This document shows, piece after piece, positions 12,904-29,864 of a stretch of DNA of 64,000 nucleotides. Within the stretch, counting starts at the first letter, position 1; every line of letters starts with the position of its first letter. The translations under genes were made by a program, and so were the position numbers. Origin of the DNA: Dictyostelium discoideum (taxonomy: Eukaryota). A model generated the notes under the pieces. The model was not told where the DNA came from, made no database searches, and worked only from the letters and a program-made list of their open reading frames with translations. The DNA is taken from the NCBI GenBank assembly GCA_000004695.1, contig CM000151.3, positions 8,192,001-8,256,000 on the forward strand, in the 5' to 3' direction.

Positions 12904-14557
12904 GATAATGATAATGATAATGATAATGATAATGATAATGATAGTGATAGTGATAATGATGATGAAGAAATAAAGTATGGATATATTAAATTAAATGAAT
13001 TTATAAAATTAAAATCAAGCAATTTATTAAAATCATTTATGGAATTAGATATAGTAGTTCCAAGTGAAACTAAACCAAATTTTAATTCATTTCTTACAAT
13101 GTACCATACATATGAAAGATTACAAGTTGGTATTAAAATTATTCTAAAGTATGGAGATACAATTCCAGAAAAAAAAAGAGAAGAAATTTTAGAAGAAATC
13201 AATAAAATTGATAGAAATAATGAAACAGGTTTTAATAAATTAAAAGAATTGAGAAAATTAGTAGCAATAGAATTCCCAAATCAAAAAAACTTTTATTTCT
13301 ATTATTGGAAAGCGTATCGTGAGAATATCAAAAAACTTGGTAAAGTTCCTAATAAATCAGGTTCTCCAAATAATAATATGGAAACTTTCGGATTCCTTCT
13401 TTTAGAAGACGAATTAATTAATAATGAAACCAATACTCAAGAAGGTGACGAAAATATAGAACAAGTAGAATTATTATCATATATTACATATTCAAATAGT
13501 GATGATGAAAATGATCTTGGAGGAGAAGACATAATAAATGAAAAGGAATTATTTAATCCATTTAATAGATGTAAAAATGCAACATTTTTTGATATATCCA
13601 ATAAATATCCAGATTTACTCAATTCATATTTAAAAGCAATTAAAGAATGTAATATTGAAAAGTTAGAAAGGATTGATACAAATAATCCAATGTTTAAATT
13701 AGATGTTTCAAAATATCATTGTTTTCAACTACCACATGAAAAAGAAGATATAATGAAAATTTGGGAATACTTTAATAAACACTCCTTTAAACAAATGATA
13801 CCAAATTATGATATTCTCATTGAATTCCTTTCAAGTGTAACTAATATTATTCCACCTTTTGAATTGAAAATATCTAATATTAAAGAGCCACTATCTGGAA
13901 AACTTGGAACAATTCTGTTAATGCAATTATATAAAAAGAATTTTAATATAACGGAATTATTATTAAATAGTTTTGATAATTTTAATTTTATACATCAACC
14001 AGAACAAATGTCTGATATTATAGATCGAGAGAGATTTTTATTTCATATTTCTGGCGAATTATTCCAAATTGATAAAAAGTTTAGTTTTCAAATAATTAGA
14101 ATAATTGAATTGATAATGGACAAGTTTAATAAACTCACTAAAGATCAGATCAATATTGAAAATATTTCAACAACAACATATCGTCTCATTTTAAATCATT
14201 TATATGATCAATTACTTAAAGTTGAAGGTTTAACAATTGATCAATTAGAATATGTTAGATCAATTATTCCTGAACAATTATTTAATAATAATAGTTTTGA
14301 AACCTATCGTATCTTTTTCTATCTTAATATCAGATCTTCAAAATTATCAAATTACCTAATCAAAAGACCTGGAATTGAGTATTTTATTCAAAATTCAACT
14401 GGATTCTTAAATCATTTCTACAATACTATTGCACCAACCACAAATGAAATTATTGGTTTCGATTTAAGAAAATATTTAAATTTTGATTTATTCACTTATG
14501 ATTATATATTAGGTAGAGAATCAAATCAATATAGTAGTGGTAGTAGTAGTATCAGTA

Positions 14558-14588
<31 letters not shown>

Positions 14589-16116
14589 AAGTAGTGGTAG
14601 TAGAAGTGGTGGTGGTGGTAGCAGTAGTAGTAGTAGTGGTGATGATGGTAACAAAAATAATAATAAAAAGTATATAACTCATGTAGATACAATATTAAGA
14701 GAATTAATTAAACAATTATCATTCAATATTTGTACAAACCTTAGTAATAGAGATGAAATTGTTGATGGTAAAGATTTCTTTAATCATTCATTAAATGAAG
14801 ATTTAAAATTCAGTTTAGATATTGGTAGAAAAGATTTATTTTGGGAATTATTAGATTGGATTGAACAATATATGGCTAAAAATGAAAACTTAATGAAACT
14901 TCAAGTTTATCAATTTAACTCACCATATGAATCATTATTACCAACTAGTACAATATTTTTAAATGTAAAAATAATAAAAAAAGAATTACCATCACCATCA
15001 GCAACAACAACAATTGAAAGTACTTTTTTAAAAATTGATAATTTTGAAAAACCAATACCAAATGAATCAACGATTAAAGTTAATTGGAATTCAGATAAAT
15101 TAATTGAACCATTCAAACCAATTTCAAAACTTATAAATTCATTTAAATATTCAGACGATGTCTTAAAATCAATTTGTAGAGTAATGAATGTAAATGAAAT
15201 TCAAAGATTTATTCAATATAATTTCTTTGAATCATTTTTTCAAAATGAAATTTATTCATATTCATTAATTTTTAGTAGAGATGACTTATTGTCGTTCCTA
15301 TTAAATAATTATAATATTGAACCTGATTTCCCATTATTTGAACCAAGTAGAAAATATTCACAATATTTAGAATGTAAATTCATTTTTGAAAATCATTTTG
15401 AAAAAGTAAAGAATATTTCAAAATTAAAAGTCAAACAAAAATGGTTCAAAGGTGATGATTTACGATCCCCATCGGTTTTATTAGATACTTTTTTAAAATA
15501 CATTTGTCTTGAAAAGAATATCACAAGATATAATCAGTTCATTCAAAATTATAATTTACAAATTAGAAAACAAATAATTAAAGAAACAATTGAAATACTA
15601 ATTGGTCAATTCATATCAGATGATGGTGATGATGATGAAGATGAGGATGATGATGAAGATGAAGACCCTAATCAAAATTTTGCATCTATATTAAAAGATC
15701 AAAAACATAAAGTTTTACTCATTCAATCAATTATTGAACAATCAGATACTCAATTATACTTTAAATCAGCTTTAGATCAAGTTTTATTAAAATCAAAAGA
15801 AGATAGAAAAAATGATGAAATTAATAATCCATTCATTGAAAATAATAAAAATCCATTCTTACAATCTTTTATTTATGGTGATATTAAAACTTGTAATATC
15901 ATTCTTAAATATTATCCAAATCAATTCAAAATCACTAAGGATTCAATCACTGAAACATTAGAAATGGAAAATATTCATATTGTTAAATATTATTATAAAG
16001 TTGATAACTGTAAAAATTTAATTAATAATTTTAAAAATGATAATAATTTATTAAAACATTTAAAAAATGAATTATCAAAACATCCAATTTATAAATATCA
16101 TTTAACTTGGTTATAA
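12055..16116 (+). CDS. Family copy 4, intact, about 1353 aa from the ATG at 12055 (MCDKTEILFWKVF...). The track ORF begins at an upstream GTG at 11995. C-terminus HPIYKYHLTWL*.
   Basis: The ATG at 12055 aligns with the MSDKTEIL start of the paralogs. There is a long (AAT)n/(GATAAT)n tract at 12820-12960 and an (AGT)n tract at 14540-14640. Confidence 0.85.
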
Positions 16117-16251
16117 AAAAAATAATAAAAGCAAATTAAATAAAAATAAATAAAAATAAATAAAAACAAATAAAAACAAAAAATAATTACCGTGAAAGGT
16201 CTAAATAAATTTTTTTTTTTGAGGTTATTTTTTAAAAAAAGTGGGTGTTGC

Positions 16252-16283
<32 letters not shown>

Positions 16284-16432
16284 AATATGTTCCAACACCA
16301 TTTTTTTTTTTAATTTTACATTTTTATTATTATTTTTTTTTTTTAAAAAGTGTGACAAAACATAACTATTATTTTGGAAAGTTTTTAAAAATAAATATTT
16401 ATTCAAAGAGATATTTAATCAAATTCACAACA

Positions 16433-16652
16433 TTTGTTGTTGGGATTTTTTTTTGAATTTTCGCTTTCTAAACGGCAGTGATTTTTTACACTAAAATACA
16501 CTGTTTATACATAGGGTAAAAATTCACTAAATTTTTTTTTTTTTATAATTAAATTAAAAAACATTTTATTTAATCAGAACAATAAAAAACCATTTTTATT
16601 CAGTTATTTGCTTGTTATTTATTTTTTTATAACAAAAAAATTTAGTTTGCGC

Positions 16653-16701
<49 letters not shown>

Positions 16702-16830
16702 TTATTTTTTTCAATTTTTTTTTTATCGAAACAATTTTATTTTATTCCCCAAAAATGAAAATATCAAAAATAAATGAAATAAAAAATTATTTAATATTAC
16801 CTTATTTTTGTGTCTTCGTTACATAAAAAA
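16433..16830. repeat. Left inverted-repeat arm of the inserted element.
   Basis: Reverse-complement match to 18040-18626. This includes identical translated artefact ORFs on opposite strands (MLVIYFFITKKFSLR... at 16608+ and 18449-). Confidence 0.65.
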
Positions 16831-18039
16831 AAAAAAAAAAAAAGAAAAATGCAAAATAAAAAAAAAAATAAAAAAATTTATATTAAAATAAAAAAAAAGG
16901 AAAATAAAAAAAAAAAAAAAAAATAAAAAAAAAAAAAAAAAAATAAAAAAAAAAAAAAAAATTGGCTCAAATCTAACAATTTAAATTGTTATTTAATTCT
17001 TAAACAACAAATAATTGTTTAAAATTAGTTTTTTTATTATTTTGATTAAATAAATTGTTTTTAATTTATAAAAAAAAAAATAGATGGTAAATAGTAGATG
17101 GTAAATAATAGATGGTAAATAAAAAAGTTAATTTTTCAAAATTTTACCATCCAAAAACACCCCCAATTTACCATCAGCTAATACAACTCACACGTTGTTC
17201 ATTTGCTGTTCATTTCATATCAATTTAAAAAACAATAAATAATTTAATTCCCGCTATTTTTTGCGGATTTGCGGAAATGATTTTTTTTAATTTATAAAAA
17301 AATTTGATTTTTTTTATTTAAGACAGATCTTATCAGATTTATAAAATGAGAAAATATAATAGATATCTACTATTTTTGGCATTAAACAAAGATTTCTGAA
17401 TATTCAGAAATAGACAGCGAAACTATCTAATATTGTAAGTGTAACCACGGAGATCGCCACGTGGATTTGCGGCACTTCCTGCTGCTGGTCCCCAGCCATA
17501 TTGGCCGTTTATTGGACGTTGTGAGAGATTTTGGCCTGGTTGTACGATTCCGCCTGATGTCATTTGCTGGGAATAAGAATATATGAGATTTAATTAATAA
17601 ATATACATGATATGATTGATAAAAATAGAACAAATTTTAAATTTTTAAAATTGTACACATACATTAAAGTATAATAATATAATTTGTTAAAAATAATTTG
17701 AAATGTTTTTTTTGAAAAAATTTTTTTGTTAATGTTTTATCAACATTTTTTAAATTAAAAAATAAAAAAAATAAAATTAAAAAATAAAAAAAATAAAAAA
17801 TAAATTTAATTAAATTCCAACATTTTTTAGGGGGGTACCCTCTTTTTTTTATTTAAATATTAATTTTCATTTTTATTATTATTATTATTATTATTAAAAT
17901 TATTATTTTTTTTAGGGGGGGGTACCCTCTTTTTTTTTTATTTTTTTTTTATTTTTTTTATTTTTTTTTTTTATTTTTTATTTTTCTTTTTTTTTTTATT
18001 TTTCTTTTTTTTTTTTTTTTTTTTTTTTCATTTTTTTTT

Positions 18040-18230
18040 TTATGTAACGAAGACACAAAAATAAGTTAATATTAAATAAGTGAACTAAGACACTAATTAT
18101 AGTTGACCCACATTTAAATAATAATAATAATAATAATAATTCTATTAACTCGAGTTTATAATTATAAATAATATAAATACTAAAAATAATTATATAAACA
18201 ATAATGAATACCATAATTAAAATATAAACC

Positions 18231-18270
<40 letters not shown>

Positions 18271-18360
18271 ATTTTTTTCAATTTTTTTTTATCGAACAAT
18301 TTTATTTTATTCCCAAAAATGAAAACAATCGATAAAAAAAAAAATTGAAAAAAATAATTG

Positions 18361-18406
<46 letters not shown>

Positions 18407-18626
18407 GCAAACTAAATTTTTTTGTTATAAAAAAATAAATAACAAGCAAATAACTGAATAAAATTGGTTTTTTATTTTTCTGATTAAATAAATTGTTTTT
18501 TAATTTAATTATAAAAAAAAAAAAAATTTAGTGAATTTTTACACCATGCATAAACAGTGTATTTTAGTGTAAAAATTCACTGCCGTTTAGAAAGCGAAAT
18601 TTCAAAAAAAATTGCCTACAACAACA
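18040..18626. repeat. Right inverted-repeat arm of the inserted element. It is longer than the left arm because of an extra (AAT)n segment and internal segments.
   Basis: Reverse-complement match to 16433-16830. One internal ~50 bp block (caattttttttttatcgaaacaattttattttattccccaaaaatgaaaa) is in direct rather than inverted orientation in the two arms, and is locally flanked by its own small palindrome in the right arm. Confidence 0.6.
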
Positions 18627-21600
18627 ATCAATGGATTGAATATGATAAACCAAATAAATATAATGTTTACAATAGATGTAAATTTGGAGACACTCACTCT
18701 TTAAAAATAATGATAAAAAATGATCTATAAAATCAAACATGGTGATCATATAGAAATTACTGATTCAATAAAAGATCTTTTCTCAACATTATCATCAGAT
18801 CCATTAATTAATAATAATAATAAATTTAAATATAAAGATGAAGATTATTTAGAAATTATTGAATTATTAATGAAACATAGAAGAGATGAATTTGAAGCTA
18901 CTGATTTAATAAATACAGCAGTCATTAGTTCTCCAGATATTATTAGATTATTAGTTAATGAACCATACTCAGTTATAATTTATCCAACAACATTTGAATT
19001 TGCAATTATAAATTCAAATTTAGAAACAATCAAGAACTAGTAAATTTAGAATCAATAAATTTTAAAAACTATGGTATTAGATTAATCAGTGAAGAATTTA
19101 AAAGAAAATCATTATCATTAGCAACTCAAAGAAAAACTTTTAAAACTACAATCACTGAATACATTTTTAATAATCCATCATTATATTCAATACCACCACC
19201 ATTATCATTAATAAATAAACAACAACAACAAGAACCATCAACAAATAAAAGATTAAAACTATCTGAAACTTTAGATTCAAATTTAAAAAATAATGATAAT
19301 GATAATGATAATGAAAATAATAATTATGAAGAAATAAAGTATGGATATATTAAATTAAATAAATTTATAAAATTAAAATCAAGCAATTTATTAAAATCAT
19401 TTATGGAATTAGATATAGTAGTTTTAAGTGAAACTGCAACAGATTTTAATTCATTTCTCAAAATGCACCATACATATGAAAGATTACAAGTTGGTATTAA
19501 AATTATTCTAAAGTATGATAACACAATTTCAGATATAAAAAAAAGAGAAGAAATTTTAGAAGAAATCAATAAAATTGATAGAAATAATGAAACAGGTTTT
19601 AATAAATTAAAAGAATTGAGAAAATTAGTAGCAATAGAATTCCCAAATCAAAAAAACTTTTATTTCTATTATTGGAAATCTTATCGTGAGAATATTAAAA
19701 AACTTGGTAAAATTCCTAAAAAATCAGGTTCTCATATTAATATACAAACTTTTGAACACCTTCTTTTTCAAGATGAAATAAACAATTATCAAACCAATAC
19801 CCAAGAAGGTGATGAAAATATAGAACAAGTAGAATTATTATCATATATTACAGATTCGGATAGTGAAGGTGATAATGATGTTGAACTAGAATATTTAATA
19901 ATTAGAGATGAATTATTTAATTTCTCAAATAGATTTAGAAAAATAACATCAACATTTTGTGATATATCCAATAGATATTCAGATTTACTCAATTCATATT
20001 TAAAAGCAATTAAAGAATGTAATATAGAAAAATTAGAAGAGATTGATACAAATAATCCAATGGTTTAATTAGATGTTTCAAAATATCATTGTCTTCAATT
20101 ACCAAATGAAAAAGAAGATATAATGAAAATTTGGGAATACTTTAATAAACACTCCTTTAAATCTTAATGACCCATTATTTAAAAAACTTGGAACATTTCT
20201 ATTATGGCATTATATAGAAAGAATTTAAATGTAATTGAATTATATTAAATAGTTTTGATGATTTTAATTTTATATATCAACCACAACAAATGGCAACTAT
20301 TTTAGAACGTGAGAGATTTTTATTTAATAATCGTAATGGTGAATTATTCCAAGTTGATAAAAAGTTTAGTTTTCAAATAATCAGAATAATTGAATTGGTA
20401 ATGGACAAGCTTAATAAACTCAGTAAAGATCAAAATAATTTTGGAAATATTTCAACAACTTATCGTCTCATTTTTAATAATTTATATGATCAATTACTAA
20501 GAGTTAAAGGTCTAACAATCGATCAATTAGAATATGTTAGATCAATCATTTTTGAACAATTATGTAATAATAATAGTTATGATACCTGTCGTATCTTTTT
20601 CTATCTTAATATCAGATCTCCAAAATTATCAAATTACATAATCAAAAGAATTACAAATTTTATTGAAAATTCAAATGCATTCTTTAATGATTTCTAAGAT
20701 ACTATTGGACCAACTACAAATGAAATTGTTGGTTTTGATATAAGAAAATATTTAAATTTTGAATTATTAACATATGATTATATATTAGGTAGAGAATTAA
20801 ATCAATATAGTAGTGATTTTAGTGGTGGTAGTAGTAGTAGTATTAGTAGTAGTAGTAGAAGTAGTAGTAGTAGAAGTTGTAGTAGTATTGGTAGTGTTAG
20901 TAGTAGTGGTAGTGTTAGTAGTAGTGGTAGTATTAGTGGTAGTAGTGGTGATGATGGTAGCAAAAATAATAATAAAAAATACATAACTCAATTCGATACA
21001 ATATTAAGAGAATTAATTAAACAATTATCATTCAATATTTGTACAAACCTTAGTAATAGAGATAGAATTGTTAAGGGTAAAGATTTCTTTAATCATTCAT
21101 TAAATGCAGATTTAAAATTCAGTTTAGATATTGGTAGAAAAGATTTATTTTGGGAATCATTAGATTGGATTCAACAATATATGATTAAAAATGAAAATTT
21201 AATGAGGTATCAAGTTTTTCAATTTAATTCACCATATGAATCATTATTACCAACCAGTACAATATTTTCAAATGTAAACATAATAAAAAAAGAATTACCA
21301 TCACCAGCAACGACAACAACAGAAACAACAACAATTGAAAGCACTTTTTTAAAAATTGATAATTTTGAAAAACCAATACCAAATGAATCAACGATTAAAG
21401 TTTATTGGAATTCAGATAAATTACTTGAAGTATTCAAACCAATTCCAAAACTAATAAATTCATTTAACTATTCGGATGAAGTTATGGATTCAGTTTGTAG
21501 AGTAATGAATGTAAATGAAATTCAAAGATTTATTCAATATAATTTCTTTGAACCATTTTTTCAAAATGAAATTTATTCATATTCAGTATTTATGAATAGA

Positions 21601-22541
21601 GAAGATTTAATGTCATTCCTATTAAACAATTATGATATTGATATTGATTTCCCATTATTTCAAGCAAGTACGGAATATTCACAATATTTAGAATGTAAAT
21701 TCATCTTTGAAAATCATTTTGAAAAAGTAAAGAATCTTTCAAATGTCAAACAAAAATGGATCGAAAGTCGTTATTCAGAAATTCCATCGGGTTTATTAGA
21801 TACTTTTTTTAAATACATTTGTCTTGAAAAGAATATCACAAGATATAATCAATTCATTCAAAATGATAATTTACAAATTAGAAAACAAGTAATTAAAGAA
21901 ACAATTGAAATACTAATTGGTCTACTCTTATCAGGTACAGATTACGATGATGAAGACCCTAGTCAGAATTTTTCATGTATATTAAGAAATCAAAAACATA
22001 AAGTTTCACTCATTCAATCAATTATTGAACAACCAGATACTCAATTATTCTTTAAATCAGCTTTAGATCAAGTTTTATTAAAATCAAAAGAAGACAGAAA
22101 AAATGATGAAATTAATAACCCATTCAATGAAAATCTTAAAAATCCATTCCTACTATCTTTTATTTTTGGTGATATTAAAACTTGTAATATCATTCTCAAA
22201 TATTATCCAAATCAATTTAAAATCACTAAAGATTCAATCACTGAAACATTAAAAATGGAAAAAATTAATATTATTAATAAAGTTGATAATTGTAAAAATT
22301 TAATTAATAATTTTAAAAACGATAATAATTTATTAAAACATTTAAAAAATCGATTATCAAATCATCCAATTTATAAATATCATTTAACTTGGTTATAAAA
22401 AATAATAGTAAAAACAAATTAAAACAAATAAAAAATTAAAAAAATAAAAAAACAAAATAAAAAATAATTTCGCAATAAAAAAAATAATAAAAATAATAAA
22501 AATAATTTCACCAATTTTTCACTGTTTTTACATTTTTTTTG

Positions 22542-22579
<38 letters not shown>

Positions 22580-22670
22580 GAAAAATCCATACATTTTTTT
22601 TTTTTTTCATTATATATTGTTCATATTTTCATTTATTATTATTTTCATTTTCATTATTATTTTTTTTACA

Positions 22671-26762
<4,092 letters not shown>

Positions 26763-27195
26763 ATAAAAAAATAAAAAAACAAATTAAAAAAATAAAAAAT
26801 AAAAAAAAATAAAAATAAAAAAAAAATAATAAAAACAAATAAAATAATTTAATTTTTTATTTTTTCCACTGTAAATTATTATTATTTTAAAACAAAATTG
26901 AAAATAAGACATATTGGTTGATAAAAAAAAAAAAAAAAAAAATATTGATGGGCAAAAAAAAAAAAAAAAATCTTATTTGACTTTTTCAAAAAAAAAACCT
27001 TTTTTTAATTCAAGCCAACAAAAAAAAATAAAAAAAAAATAAAAAAAATAAAAAAAAAATAAAAAAAATAAAAAAAATAAAAAAATAAAAATTCAAAAAA
27101 AACTATTTTTTATTTTTTCATTTTTTTTTTTTAATTCCAAAAAAAACCGTTTTTAGTTCATTTATATTTTCATTGTTATTATTATTTTTTTTAGA

Positions 27196-27996
27196 ATGAG
27201 TGATAGAACAGAAATATTATTTTGGAAAGTTTTTAAAAATCAATTTTTATTCAAAGAGATATTTAATCAAATTCACAACAATGAATGGATTGAATATGAT
27301 GAACCAAATAAATATAATGTTAACAATAGATGTAAATTTGGAGACACTCACTCTTTACTAATAATGATAAAAAATGATCAACTCCCATTAATTAAAGATA
27401 AAATCAAACATGGTGATTATGTACATTTTAATTATGATTCAATAAGATTTCTTTTCTTAAAATTATCAACAACAGAACACCTACCACCATCAATAAAAAA
27501 TAATAATAAAAATAAATATAAAGATGAAGATTATTTAGAAATTATTGAATTATTTATGAAACATAGAAGAGGTGAATTTGAAATTAATGATTTAATACAT
27601 ATAGCAGCTTCTATAAATTCCCCAGTTATCATTAGATTATTAGTTAATGAACCATATTCAGTTATAATTTATCCACAAACATTTGAATTTGCAATTAGAT
27701 TTTCAAATTTAGAAACAATCAAAGAACTAATAAATTTAGAATCACTTAATTTTAAAAACTATGGTATTAAATTAATCAGTGAAGAATTTAAAAGAAAATC
27801 ATTATCATTAGCAGCACATAGAAAAACTCTTAAAACTACAATCACTGAATACATTTTTAATAATCCATCATTATATTCAATACCACCACCATTATCATTA
27901 ATAAATAATCAAAAACAACAAGATCAACAACAAACACAATCAAAAAATAAAAGATTAAAAATATCTGAAACTTTACATTCAAATTTAAATAATAAA

Positions 27997-28045
<49 letters not shown>

Positions 28046-28046
28046 G

Positions 28047-28124
<78 letters not shown>

Positions 28125-29803
28125 CGATGATGGTGATGGTGATGATGATAGTGATAATTATACTGATAGTGATAATTATAATGATAATGAAAATGGAAAT
28201 GATAATTATAAAGAAAAAATAAGAAATGGATATATTGAATCTCATGAATTTATAGAATTAAAATCAACCAATTTATTAAAATCATTTATGGAATTAGATA
28301 TAGTAGTTTTAAGTAAAACTAAAACATATTTTAATCAATTCCTTAAAATGTATCATCCATATGAAAGATTACAAGTTGGTATTAAAATGATTCTAAAGTT
28401 TGATAATACAATTCCAGAAAAAAAAAGAGAAGAAATTTTAGAAGAAATCAATAAAATTGATAGAAATAATGAAAGAGGTTTTAATAAATTAAAAGAATTG
28501 AGAAAATTAGTGGTAATTGAATTCCCAAGGCAAATAAACTTTTGTTACTATTATTGGAAAGCTTATGGCGAGAATATTAACAAACCTGGTGAAGTTCCTA
28601 AAAAATTAGGTTCTCCAGATAGTAATATGGAAACTTTCGAAAACCTTCTTTTAGAAAATGACTTACATGTCAATAATGAAACCAATACTCAAGAAGGTGA
28701 TGAAAATATAGAACAAGTAGAATTATTATCAAATAGTTTATATTCAGATAGTGAAGATGAAAATGAAGTTGAATTTGAAAGATATGTTGGACAACATGAT
28801 CCTTTTTTAGAAGAGTATTTTAATTACTCAAATAGATTAAGAAAAGAACCATTTTTTGATATATCCAATAGATATCCAGATTTACTCAATTCATATTTAA
28901 AAGCAATTAAAGAATGTAATATTGAAAAATTAGAAGATATTGATACAAATAATCCAATGTTTAAATTGGATGTTTCAAAATTTCATTGTTTTCAATTACC
29001 AAATGAAAAAGAAGATATATTGAAAATTTGGGAATACTTTAATAAACACTCATTTAAACAAATGATACCAATTGATATTCTTATTGAATTCCTTTCAAGT
29101 GTAACAAATATTATTCCACCTTTTGAATTGAAAATTTCAAATCTTAAAGAGCCATTATTTAAAAAACTTGGAACATTTCTATTATGGCAATTGTTTAAAA
29201 AGAATTATAATATATTTGAATTATTATTAAATAGTTTTGATGATTTTAATTTTATATTTCAACCACAAGAACTATCAGCTATGATAGATCAAGAGAAAGT
29301 TTTATTTGATGGTGATGGTGAATTATTCCAAATTGATAAAGAGTTTGGTTTTCAAATAATCAGGATAATTAAATTGGTAATGGACAAGTTTAAAAAACTC
29401 AGTAAAGATCAAATCAATATTAAAAATATGTCAACAACATATCGTCTCATTATAAATCATTTATATGATCAATTACTTAGAGTTAAAGGTTTAACAATCG
29501 ATCAATTAGAATATGTTAAATCAATTATTCCTGAAAAATTATTTTTTAATTATTTTAAAGCCTATCGTATCTTTTTCTATCTCAATATCAGATCTCCAAA
29601 ATTAACAAAATACATAACCAAAAGACCTGGAGTTGCAAATTTTATTGAAAATTCAGAAGTAGAGGATTACTATAATACTATTGGACCAACTACAAATCTA
29701 ATTACTGGTGATGAAATTATTGGTTTTGATTTAAGAAAATATTTAAATCTTGATTTATTCACATATGATTATATATTAGGTAGAGAATTAAATCAATATA
29801 ATT

Positions 29804-29864
<61 letters not shown>

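Larger units (their letters stand above)
16433..18626. mobile_element. About 2.19 kb insertion with long imperfect terminal inverted repeats and no long ORF. Putative non-autonomous TIR or foldback-type element; family not assignable from sequence alone.
   Basis: The left end TTTGTTGTTGGGATTTTTTTTTGAATTTTCGCTTTCTAAACGGCAGTG... is the reverse complement of the right end ...CACTGCCGTTTAGAAAGCGAAATTTCAAAAAAAATTGCCTACAACAACA. The arms share further blocks: tcagttatttgcttgttattt.../...aaataacaagcaaataactga, cttatttttgtgtcttcgttacata/tatgtaacgaagacacaaaaataag, and polyT(~45)/polyA(~43). The element interrupts an otherwise contiguous gene sequence. Confidence 0.65.
16337..22398 (+). pseudogene. Family copy 5, pseudogene. 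The start codon is lost (aaaagtgtgacaaaaca instead of ATGTGTGATAAAACA). The first ~28 codons (to ...QIHN) sit at 16337-16432, a 2.2 kb TIR element is inserted, and the gene resumes at 18627 (QWIEYDKPNKY...). There are then multiple frameshifts and stops (pieces 18720-19040, 19403-20068, 20290-20697, 21181-22398); it ends in HPIYKYHLTWL*.
   Basis: The flanks of the insertion reconstitute the intact paralog sequence caaattcacaaca|atcaatggattgaatat exactly. The downstream homology is collinear but broken across frames. Confidence 0.8.

Noticed and set aside
16608-16826. ORFs with identical N-terminus MLVIYFFITKKFSLR on opposite strands (16608-16826 + and 18180-18449 -), and the poly-K ORFs 16241-16456 and 17996-18235.
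   Set aside because: They lie in the two inverted-repeat arms of the inserted element and run through homopolymer T/A tracts. The identity on opposite strands is evidence for the TIR, not for genes.
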